From TPA_inf: Saccharomyces (lineage: Eukaryota): a stretch of DNA of 64,000 nt. Shown piece after piece: positions 54,620 through 64,000 of the stretch. Location: positions 768,001 through 832,000 of the forward strand of contig BK006949.2 of assembly GCA_000146045.2 (NCBI GenBank). Direction: 5' to 3'. Position 1 is the stretch's first letter; each line of letters opens with the position of its first letter. The notes under the pieces were generated by a model. The model had not been told where the DNA came from. It saw nothing but the letters and a program-made list of their open reading frames with translations, and did not search any database. A program made the translations under genes and the position numbers.

Positions 54620-56338
54620 ATGTGTGGTATTTTCGCCGCTTTCAGGCACGAAGACGTGCATAGATATAAGCCAAAGGCTCTACAACTATCAAAAAGAATC
54701 AGACACCGTGGTCCAGATTGGTCCGGTAATGCTATCAAGAACTCCACTATATTTGTTCATGAAAGACTAGCCATTGTCGGTGTGGAATCCGGTGCTCAAC
54801 CAATTACTTCTTCAGACGGAGAGTACATGCTATGTGTTAACGGTGAAATCTACAACCACATTCAATTAAGAGAAGAATGCGCAGACTACGAGTTTGGAAC
54901 ACTGAGTGACTGTGAGCCTATCATCCCAATGTACTTAAAGCACGATATCGACGCTCCTAAGTACTTGGATGGTATGTTTGCTTGGACTCTTTACGACGCT
55001 AAACAAGATCGTATTGTGGCAGCCAGAGACCCAATCGGTATTACGACATTATATATGGGACGCTCTTCCGCTTCTCCAAAGACCGTTTATTTTGCATCCG
55101 AACTAAAATGTTTGACTGACGACTGTGACACTATCACTGCATTCCCACCGGGCCACGTATACGATTCTAAGACTGACAAGATCACCCGTTACTTCACACC
55201 AGATTGGCTGGACGAAAAACGCATTCCTTCCACCCCAATAGATTACATGGCAATTAGACACTCCTTAGAAAAAGCCGTTAGAAAGAGATTAATGGCCGAA
55301 GTCCCATACGGTGTTCTATTGTCGGGTGGTTTGGACTCCTCTTTAATCGCTTCCATTGCTGCCCGTGAAACTGCAAAGGCCACTAACGATGTCGAACCAT
55401 CAACTTACGATAGTAAGGCAAGACATCTAGCAGGTATCGACGATGACGGTAAGCTACACACTGCTGGTTGGACAAGTCTCCATTCCTTTGCCATCGGTTT
55501 ACCAAATGCTCCAGATTTGCAAGCCGCAAGAAAGGTTGCCAAATTCATCGGCTCTATTCATCATGAACACACCTTTACATTACAAGAAGGTTTGGATGCT
55601 TTGGACGACGTGATCTACCATTTGGAAACTTACGACGTTACCACTATCAGAGCTTCCACTCCAATGTTCTTACTATCCAGAAAGATTAAGGCCCAAGGGG
55701 TCAAGATGGTTCTTTCCGGTGAAGGTTCCGATGAAATCTTCGGTGGTTATCTATATTTCGCACAAGCTCCTTCTGCGGCAGAATTTCACACTGAATCCGT
55801 GCAACGTGTCAAGAACTTGCATTTGGCAGATTGTTTGAGAGCTAACAAGTCTACGATGGCTTGGGGTCTAGAAGCTCGTGTTCCATTCTTAGACAGAGAA
55901 TTTTTGCAATTGTGTATGAACATCGATCCAAATGAAAAGATGATTAAACCAAAGGAAGGACGTATTGAAAAGTACATTCTAAGGAAGGCATTCGACACCA
56001 CAGGAGAACCAGATGCTAAGCCATATTTACCAGAAGAAATTTTATGGAGACAAAAAGAACAATTTTCCGACGGTGTTGGTTACTCCTGGATCGACGGATT
56101 AAAAGATACCGCCGAAGCAGTCATTTCAGATGAAATGTTTGCCAGTCCAAAGGCCGAATGGGGTAGTGACATTCCAACCACAAAAGAGGCTTTCTGGTAC
56201 AGACTAAAATTCGATGCTTTGTTCCCTCAAAAGACCGTGGCTGACACCGTTATGAGATGGATTCCAAAGGCCGACTGGGGTTGTGCTGAAGATCCTTCTG
56301 GTAGATATGCCCAAATTCATGAAAAACATATCGAATAA
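54620..56338 (+). CDS. ASN1: Asparagine synthetase, glutamine-hydrolysing (572 aa)
   Basis: N-terminal MCGIFAAF (Cys2 Ntn glutamine amidotransferase), PP-loop SGGLDSS; 572 aa. Confidence 0.93.
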   Translation: MCGIFAAFRHEDVHRYKPKALQLSKRIRHRGPDWSGNAIKNSTIFVHERLAIVGVESGAQPITSSDGEYMLCVNGEIYNHIQLREECADYEFGTLSDCEPIIPMYLKHDIDAPKYLDGMFAWTLYDAKQDRIVAARDPIGITTLYMGRSSASPKTVYFASELKCLTDDCDTITAFPPGHVYDSKTDKITRYFTPDWLDEKRIPSTPIDYMAIRHSLEKAVRKRLMAEVPYGVLLSGGLDSSLIASIAARETAKATNDVEPSTYDSKARHLAGIDDDGKLHTAGWTSLHSFAIGLPNAPDLQAARKVAKFIGSIHHEHTFTLQEGLDALDDVIYHLETYDVTTIRASTPMFLLSRKIKAQGVKMVLSGEGSDEIFGGYLYFAQAPSAAEFHTESVQRVKNLHLADCLRANKSTMAWGLEARVPFLDREFLQLCMNIDPNEKMIKPKEGRIEKYILRKAFDTTGEPDAKPYLPEEILWRQKEQFSDGVGYSWIDGLKDTAEAVISDEMFASPKAEWGSDIPTTKEAFWYRLKFDALFPQKTVADTVMRWIPKADWGCAEDPSGRYAQIHEKHIE

Positions 56339-57644
56339 ATAACATTAAAAAATAGAAAAAGAATTATGGATTAATCTTATAGATATTTTTATAGAAAAAC
56401 AAACACTAACAATAATAATAATAATAAATAGAATATAGAAATACATATTTTTCATAATAGTTTGATGAAGTTTTATTCATAAATCATTTTTTATCGCCAG
56501 TGCTAAAAAATTAAGTGTGTGGATGACTGTATATATGCGTATCGAACGATCTTGATGCAAATCATTTTGAAACATTATTCTTGACTTTGATATTTCCTAT
56601 TATACATCCTCCTTCCTTGAGACCCAATAATCTTAAAAATGATGGAGACAGTGCATGCCCTCCTTTTCACCCTTCTTTTATGTCGTTTCTTACAATTTTC
56701 GAGATTCTTTTGAATCTGATCTCCTTTTACCTTGTGACTGAAGATTCCTAATCGAATTGCTCCTCTCTAGCGACGCCCTTTGTTTCATTTCGTGTGCAAT
56801 TAGTAGATCGTGCCTTGTTATTACTGTATTCTTATTTCTTGATTTAATTTCCGCTCGATAGTTTTGCGGATATTGACTATCACTTTTCTTAAATATTAGT
56901 TTTATTTTTCTGAAGGCAGTGCTCATATGTAAAGTAGTAACGTTGTTAGTGCAGTGTTAGCAGTCAAACCTAAAAATAAAAGTATAAAAAAACTATATCT
57001 ATTTTTTTTTTGTTTGTTTACGCACGTTTATATATTTAACACGGTGAAGTAGTCCTGCCATTATGCTGCTCTAACACAAGAGTCGTATATGGATGAGCTA
57101 ATGACTAAGATCCGAGTAGCGAAGTCATGTATGCAAGCTAACGCAACAAGGCTGTAAAGAATACAAGCCTTGTCACCCTAGTACCAGCATCAAGCAAATT
57201 GCTCATTTACGACTGTGCCATGAAGTAGGGATGAATGAGGTGTTTCTGATGACACCTCTGAGGAGCTTTTCTTGAGCTCGTTTCTGTGCCACTTTTTGTT
57301 CCCGCGGCTAAGCCGCGCAGACCGATAATACTCGCTTAGATGCACATCAAGCCAAATCTCTATAAAAAAATCGACGTTTCCCAAACGACGCTGACCCTTT
57401 ATTCATCGTTATCAAAAAAAGGCAGCTTTCCAGTGTACTCATACGAGAAGCAATCGATGCCTCACTTCCGTTTGTAGATATATACATATTTACATGCACA
57501 CTAATGCAATTATATGCGAGAACAATTTGTGAGATCATAAGGTCTCGTAAACTGTCAATTGTTGAGCAGTCACCCAGAATTGAGAGTTGGTATAAAAACA
57601 CTATTACCCTCATCGAAGCCATTGCATTCAAACTTGCCATCACA

Positions 57645-58559
57645 CTAAAAAAATGCATTGATAGCATATTCTGCATGTTTTACTACAAATGAATGAGGTA
57701 TTTTGTCAGTGACATCAATTTTTAAGCGTTCCTGCTTGACTTTATCCTTATAATAATCCGACAAATGTGATCTGGTCTTACCAGAAACCCAATGGTCGTT
57801 GCTACTGAAGAGAAACCAAATAGAAATTCCGTTCTCTTCGCAATAATTGATAAATCTATCTTGAAACTCCCAGTTCGTAGTTATTTCTTCCATCTCCTGG
57901 GCAGCTAATCCTAGAGATTGACGAACAAACTGCCTATGAGTCAAAAAAATTCTTGTAGATAGTACTGCCTGATAACCAGTACTTCCACAGCCCATAAATT
58001 TATCAATAATAAATCTTGAAAACCCTTCTGATAAGATCCAATAAAAGAAAATATAACTGAACAATGATACCACATGAGCCAATGGTGGAATATAACGAAG
58101 TGCCGCTGTCATTTTGATACCCATCTCAGAGGTGTGAATGTCCATCACAGTTGGTGTAACGAGACCAACTTTTTGTACGGAGCCAACCAGTTTGTTAGAA
58201 AGGCATACTTTTTGTACGATGTATGCCCCAACCGAATGTCCCATAATAATAATTTTCCTGTTCTTGCATGAGAAATTGTTAATTACCTCTACCTGATGAT
58301 CTACTTGATCTTGTAAAGAAAATATCGGTGTATTAGAATGAGCGTTCAATGTCATTCCGGCATGGGATATGCCAAGAATTTCCCAATCTGGGTGCTTCAA
58401 GTGTAGATGATGTAGCATTTCTTGATAATAGTATAAAAGCCCAGGATTACCAGGGATCCATACTAGAAGAGGCGCATCCTCGCCACTTTTAGTGACTGTA
58501 GGTTTGATATTCAATATCGAGCATGGCAACTTCGATTTAGTATACTCTTTTACAGTCAT
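57645..58559 (-). CDS. Alpha/beta-hydrolase (lipid-droplet esterase/lipase-like), 304 aa
   Basis: GHSVG nucleophile elbow ([13 protein letters not shown]); matches length and position of YPR147C. Confidence 0.7.
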
Positions 58560-58832
58560 TTGTCACTAGAATTGAGCAGGCGGGCAATGGCGTAGCAAGC
58601 GGACTGTCTATTTTCCCTCCAGTAGTTTTGGGCTTTGCTGCCGTTTTAATGCTGTTTTCCTTTCCTCTTAATGAGCGCTTTCCAGTTGCGATACTTTTCG
58701 GGTAAGGAATTGTAAGGACAGCGACGCAATTCAAGCGGTTAAATAGAAGAAACTTACATCATATATAATGTTTAAAAATAACAATCAAATTACTTTATAC
58801 ATGAATGAGTAATGTTTTAGTTGCCTGATTTG

Positions 58833-60140
58833 CTAAATTTCCAAACCATTTAGAACTTTAAGGTTTGCCTCCACTTCTTGGACACATTGTCTAAAGTAAA
58901 CCAACTGGAAATTCTGGAACAGTTTTATCAAGCCCAGAATTTCAGAACTGTCAGTGATTTCTTCCATTGTTTCCACTGCTGCTGTAGTATTGGAGACAAA
59001 TTCATCCTCCAGTTTTTCCAGTAATTTATTATCCTCAGATTCTTCAATCGGTGGCTCATCATTTACTTTGTTACTCTTTAAATCTTCTTTTCTATCAGCA
59101 ACGTCATCAACAGTAGGCTCATTCGCTTCTTTCTTTGATTCCTCTTCGGCACCCTCTGATTTTGGCTTTTCATCCTCGGTAGAAGGCGTTTCGTCAAAAG
59201 AGGTGGTAGTGTTTGCGCTAATGTCCTTTGCGCTAACATCCTTGCTATGTGCTTCTCCTGTGGCTTCAGCTTTTTTCGCCTCTAACTCTGCTTCTTTTGC
59301 TTTGACTTCATAACGCATTGTATCAAATTTGAGTCTTGATTCTTCCACTTTTTTGCGCAGGTCATGGACCTTCTTGAAGTCTTGGTTTATTAATGTTTCT
59401 AATTTTTTGTTGAATTCCTTGACCATCATAGAATCCATCTCTGCCTTCCCTTCATCGATATTTTTATAGCATGTCGACCACGAATCGAAAACTTTGATCA
59501 AATTAGACAAATCTTCATCATCTTCTTCATCTTCTTCATCTTCCTCGTCTTCTTCATTATGGTCGGCACCCTGAGCTTCCGTTGTCTGTGCAGTTTTGAT
59601 AGACTCCTTTTTCTTCTTTAGTTCTGCCTTTTCGTTGTGTTCTAAATTTTGAAATTCACATTCGCAGTCAACAGCGGCTTTTGAGATGGCTTGAGCAAAA
59701 GACCTTGGCAAAAAAGCATCGTCATGGTTAGATCCCTTTTTTTTAGTGGAACTTTCGGATTTTTTAGAGCCAAACCAGCCATCTTTATTGAGAGACCACC
59801 AATCCGAAATACTCTCCGTTAAATTTGGTGGATAGTCGTAGCCCTCTACTTCGAACGTTTTGGACACCAGTAGAATCCTTTTACATACCTTCTCTAAGGA
59901 ATCACTTTTTTTCTCCAAGAATTGGTACTGTGGTGGTAATTTACTTATATCTGATACAGTACCCAATGATTCCTGAACAAATCTAGTTCGCGATTTGATT
60001 GATAGTCTTGTTTGAGGGTCATTTAAGTTTACATTTGCATTTGCTAATGCATTGTTCAAAGTGTCTTGGGTCTTGTGAGCAGCGGTGGCAATTGAATCGG
60101 TGATCTTGTTTAGAGAAAACCCTGAAAAATAACCAGACAT
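58833..60140 (-). CDS. Protein of unknown function with N-terminal BAR-like helical region and acidic (EEDEEDEEDEEDDED) and coiled-coil C-terminal parts, 435 aa
   Basis: Matches length and position of YPR148C. Confidence 0.7.
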   Translation of the reverse strand: MSGYFSGFSLNKITDSIATAAHKTQDTLNNALANANVNLNDPQTRLSIKSRTRFVQESLGTVSDISKLPPQYQFLEKKSDSLEKVCKRILLVSKTFEVEGYDYPPNLTESISDWWSLNKDGWFGSKKSESSTKKKGSNHDDAFLPRSFAQAISKAAVDCECEFQNLEHNEKAELKKKKESIKTAQTTEAQGADHNEEDEEDEEDEEDDEDLSNLIKVFDSWSTCYKNIDEGKAEMDSMMVKEFNKKLETLINQDFKKVHDLRKKVEESRLKFDTMRYEVKAKEAELEAKKAEATGEAHSKDVSAKDISANTTTSFDETPSTEDEKPKSEGAEEESKKEANEPTVDDVADRKEDLKSNKVNDEPPIEESEDNKLLEKLEDEFVSNTTAAVETMEEITDSSEILGLIKLFQNFQLVYFRQCVQEVEANLKVLNGLEI

Positions 60141-61917
60141 TTTCTAACCAGAATTTTATGGTTTTACCTAACTTTGCTGTTCAGATGTATAAGTATTGCA
60201 ACCTTTTTTTCCCTGATCATTATTATTTCAAGAGAAATGAAAACCAAAACTGGGATATGCGTGTCGAGTGCTAAAAAAAGCCAACTAGCGATTTAAGAGT
60301 GAGAAGTAATCCTCGTTAAAAGCGATGCAGAGCCAACTAACTAAACTGCTAACCTCGCTTTCTTTACACAAGTAGTACTCAAGAAGTTTCATAAAATGCC
60401 CAGTTACACACTCGTGAAATGCACTTCAAGGTGGTGTTACAATTTTCACGAACTGCAACAATTGAGTATATTTATTAAAGCAGGAATATGTTTGCCCAAT
60501 CAAACGTAATTTCATATATGAACATATATGAAGTTGCACACATCAGCGGGAAAGATGTCTCTACCGCTCGAGGAGCCACACGTTTGATTTGCAATCCATG
60601 AAATAGAACTGCTAATCCCATATACAATTAACTATATCAATTTCCTGAACAAAGAGATTACAATCAACGGCAAAGCCGCCTGCCTCTCCGGAGATCTCCT
60701 TTTTTCTTCTTTCTTTTGTCCTATGTTGCATAGTTGCTCATGTCTTTTCCTTAGGCGGACAATTAAGAGCAGCCACAATATTTCCAAAACTAAATTGCTA
60801 AAAAAGCGTAGCAAAAAATTCTCGTCATTCCCACTTTCCCTACCTTAACCCTTGATGTTAACGCCGTTTCGCTCATCGGAACAAACTATACAGATAATTA
60901 AGCTTTTCGGCAGCGGTGAGAAAGGAAGCAGCCAGGAGGAATACGCGGCTTTCTCGCGGAGCCCGATTGCCGATACAAAGGAACTGTTGCCTCCTCCCGG
61001 CTATTTCCATAGGCCTTCATTCAGCATACTGTTGTGTAGTTGCATCACATCCTTGTTGAATGAATTCCAACTATTTCGATAAACCATCCCATGAAGGAGA
61101 ATGCAATGCGGCTTTTGTTTGTAAACGGGCTTGAGAGGTTCTATGCGGTTAATTCTGTCACTAGGGGTCCGAATCTCGGATTAAGTATAAAATATGTATT
61201 ACCCTGATGATTGACCGGATGATGTAAGGATGCATGTCCCTACTGTTTTGGTATTTCCACATACGGACGGGGCCCCGAAACACCACCCCCATTTTAACGG
61301 CCGCATCTGAGCATCGGCCCATTTGGCACACGCCCGTTAGTGACGTTGGTAGGGGCATTTCCCTGAGGTAGGCCCAAGGTTGCTTTAAAAGGTCCATCGC
61401 AAACCCCTTGTCCGCGGACCTCTGCGTCATAATTAAAATGCCCAAAACATAAAAGTGATCGCCCCCTCACAGAAACTTATGGGCAGCTTGCTGCCTTAAC
61501 GGAATTGACTAGAATTGGTTTGATTTTTTTTTCTTCCTACTTCTTCTTCCATTTCCCTCCCCTCTTCCTCATATATGTATACAGAAAAATCATACCCCTA
61601 TAAATTCCTTGGCCCCAATCTTCTGTCAGATTTTCCTTTATAAAAGAGTCTTTGTTTTGTAATTAAAAGATACTTTTTTCTTTCTTCTTCTACGTCTCCT
61701 TTTTTTTTTTTAAGAAAATTTAACTTATACCACTATTTTGTTCGCAATTGATCAAGAAAAAATACAATTGAAAAGGTTTTACATTTTTAATTTTTCTGCT
61801 CATCGCGCTTTTTTAAAAGGATAAATAAACATTTCTTTAAAAAACATCTTCAATAAGAAAAATCGGTTAAAAAAACTTTTCTTCTCAAAGCATACCTAAT
61901 AACAATATAATCCCATA

Positions 61918-62439
61918 ATGCTAGCCCTAGCTGATAACATTCTACGTATAATAAATTTCCTATTTTTGGTTATTTCCATCGGTTTAATCAGTTCGTTGTT
62001 AAACACCCAACATAGGCACAGCTCCAGAGTAAACTACTGTATGTTTGCTTGTGCATATGGTATATTCACCGATTCATTGTACGGTGTCTTTGCCAACTTC
62101 ATTGAACCATTGGCATGGCCACTAGTTTTGTTCACACTGGACTTTTTGAACTTTGTGTTCACTTTCACTGCCGGTACAGTGTTGGCCGTTGGTATCAGAG
62201 CTCACTCATGTAACAACAGCTCATACGTTGACAGTAACAAGATTACTCAAGGTTCCGGTACCAGATGTAGACAAGCTCAAGCCGCTGTTGCATTCCTCTA
62301 CTTCTCTTGTGCCATCTTTTTGGCTAAGACCCTGATGTCTGTTTTCAACATGATCTCCAATGGTGCCTTTGGTTCTGGTTCTTTCTCCAAGAGAAGAAGA
62401 ACTGGCCAAGTCGGTGTTCCAACCATTTCCCAAGTCTAA
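61918..62439 (+). CDS. NCE102: MARVEL-domain eisosome / MCC membrane protein (173 aa)
   Basis: 173 aa, four TM helices, tetraspan; synteny YPR149W. Confidence 0.88.
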   Translation: MLALADNILRIINFLFLVISIGLISSLLNTQHRHSSRVNYCMFACAYGIFTDSLYGVFANFIEPLAWPLVLFTLDFLNFVFTFTAGTVLAVGIRAHSCNNSSYVDSNKITQGSGTRCRQAQAAVAFLYFSCAIFLAKTLMSVFNMISNGAFGSGSFSKRRRTGQVGVPTISQV

Positions 62440-63054
62440 TTGAAGCGCACCAACTTAAATTTTACGCCACTTTCAATTAAGAATATAATAAATGGACACC
62501 GTGAATAAATTAGGGAAAAAAGAAAGCAAATAAGAAAACTCCGTTTTCCCTCATCCCTTTCCGTCTTTCGGAAGAAACAAAAAATTATACCCAAGGAAAA
62601 CCCGAAAAAAATGAAAAAAATACCAGAAAAAAAATAACAAATCATATGCACTTCTTCATTAACGATTATGAAGAAGTCTTATTTCTAACTAATATTATTA
62701 TTATTATTATTATTATTATCATTCACCCCGCTTTCTTTTATTATAATTTGTTCTTCTAATATTTTAATTTTTAATCTTTTCATACTATTCTTATATCTAA
62801 CTAAAGTATCCTTCTCTTTGTCTAGTTTTACTTCACTACATACCTGTTGCGTTGATTTGAGTTTTTTGTATGTAAGTTCTGTTTATCCTTTTTCATCCTA
62901 CCGTTCCGCGCACGGCGTGACGTGGATCCCTAATGTGAGTTCAAATCGGTTACAAAAATTAATAGTTTTGTTTCCTATTATTATTATTATTATTATGTAT
63001 GAGGAATCGTGCTATAAAATCATTTTCCATATGTATATGCCAAATATTTATTAT

Positions 63055-63675
63055 TTATTTCATCTTTTTTTTGCTTTTGTGTGTCAACCGCATTTGCAGT
63101 GCCTTGTCAAACGGCTTCAACTTTCTCATCATATATGGGGGCACGTTTTTCCATTCAGGAAAATATTCCATACCCATACTGGACGTAGACCACCAATTGA
63201 ATGGCAACAGCTCATTGGGTACGGTGGGATTGTACTTCCATGTACCGTTCACGCCACCTGACATTATACCACCAGTGCCACGTTCACCAAACAATATGTT
63301 CTTGTGCTTTTTCTCATCGATCGTCTTCGCCTCTGCGTTTGTTTTCTCGTTCATTGTTAATAACGTTTGCAAGGACTTTCTCTTCTTATCTCTGAATAGC
63401 GGGTTTTCCTTCACTGGGTACATTACTGGCCTGTATCCGCTATACAGAATATCGCGGGTGAGCTCCCTAGCTTCCAAATACTGTGTAGTAGGTACTTTGG
63501 GCAGCGATCTAAAGTCATAGAAATGCGCATTCTTTAAAATCTTTGAACTCCTTTGCTTGGTAATTTGTTGATGTTGCTGCCTTATGGGGTTCACCAGTCT
63601 GCTGTGAGTCCTTCTTTGCAAGCTTACAAAAGAGACGCTGACGCCCCTAATTTTTGTCCTCTTTAATAAAATCAT
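63055..63675 (-). CDS. SUE1: Mitochondrial protein required for degradation of unstable cytochrome c (206 aa)
   Basis: 206-aa ORF at the YPR151C position. Confidence 0.65.
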   Translation of the reverse strand: MILLKRTKIRGVSVSFVSLQRRTHSRLVNPIRQQHQQITKQRSSKILKNAHFYDFRSLPKVPTTQYLEARELTRDILYSGYRPVMYPVKENPLFRDKKRKSLQTLLTMNEKTNAEAKTIDEKKHKNILFGERGTGGIMSGGVNGTWKYNPTVPNELLPFNWWSTSSMGMEYFPEWKNVPPYMMRKLKPFDKALQMRLTHKSKKKMK

Positions 63676-64000
63676 CCTTATTCACTATTTCCGTACGTAT
63701 ATATGTCTTTGTATATACGTGTATGCGTGTGTGTTTCGTTACTCTCTATAATTCAACTAAAATGTATACATGCAGACACACACTCAGAGGGAAAAAATAA
63801 ATGTGCTATAAATAATGAAACACAAGAAACATCTAAAGTCCGAAAATTGCACCTGCTCTTATCATTCATTCTTATACAAAAGTGACTAGATATGATGGCG
63901 GATCCCGCAGCCCCAATCACTGGCAAAGAGCCTGAATACCGATAGGTACACTAAGCGTAAAGACCCTACCGTATTCTGGTTGCTATCACCACCCCACTTC

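Noticed and set aside
57347-57676. 109-aa minus-strand ORF between ASN1 and YPR147C (YPR146C-like)
   Set aside because: It has no recognisable domain and overlaps the YPR147C 3' end. It is probably non-coding.
62999-63520. 173-aa plus-strand ORF overlapping SUE1 (YPR150W-like)
   Set aside because: It lies entirely inside the opposite-strand SUE1 ORF and is F/I/L-rich.

Overview
This window is nuclear DNA from budding yeast, matching Saccharomyces cerevisiae chromosome XVI right arm (MRI1/YPR118W through SUE1/YPR151C), so it is a eukaryotic and well-annotated region. I recognise 30 protein-coding genes and four tRNA genes. Coding genes, in order: MRI1 (5' truncated), CLB2, CLB5, THI22, AXL1, CTR1, YLH47, YPR127W, ANT1, SCD6, NAT3, RPS23B (spliced), SPN1, TOM5, MSS18, CTF4, RRP9, Ty1 TYA and TYA-TYB, MEP3, LOA1, TAZ1, KAR3, RRP15, NOC4, ASN1, YPR147C-like, YPR148C-like, NCE102, SUE1. 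The tRNA genes are Lys-UUU (with intron), Cys-GCA, Asn-GUU and Ile-AAU. Each tRNA except tRNA-Ile has Ty retrotransposon material nearby. A solo Ty3 sigma LTR sits 16 bp upstream of tRNA-Lys with a 5-bp target-site duplication. A full-length 5.9-kb Ty1 (minus strand, AATTA duplication) is nested inside an older degenerate solo delta 113 bp upstream of tRNA-Asn. Three further diverged solo delta remnants lie around tRNA-Cys and THI22. The least expected structure is a pair of ~450-bp direct repeats bracketing the THI22 locus. A perfect 12-bp CGG-containing inverted repeat lies between YLH47 and YPR127W. Several textbook promoter elements are visible: MCB cluster upstream of CLB5, Mac1 CuREs upstream of CTR1, an oleate response element upstream of ANT1, GATA cluster upstream of MEP3, Gcn4 site upstream of ASN1, Rap1 site upstream of RPS23B. 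I find no support for a previously undescribed prokaryote-style gene system. The interest here is in transposon and repeat architecture and in regulatory sites. Gene identities come from my recollection of protein sequences, lengths and synteny, with no database searches.
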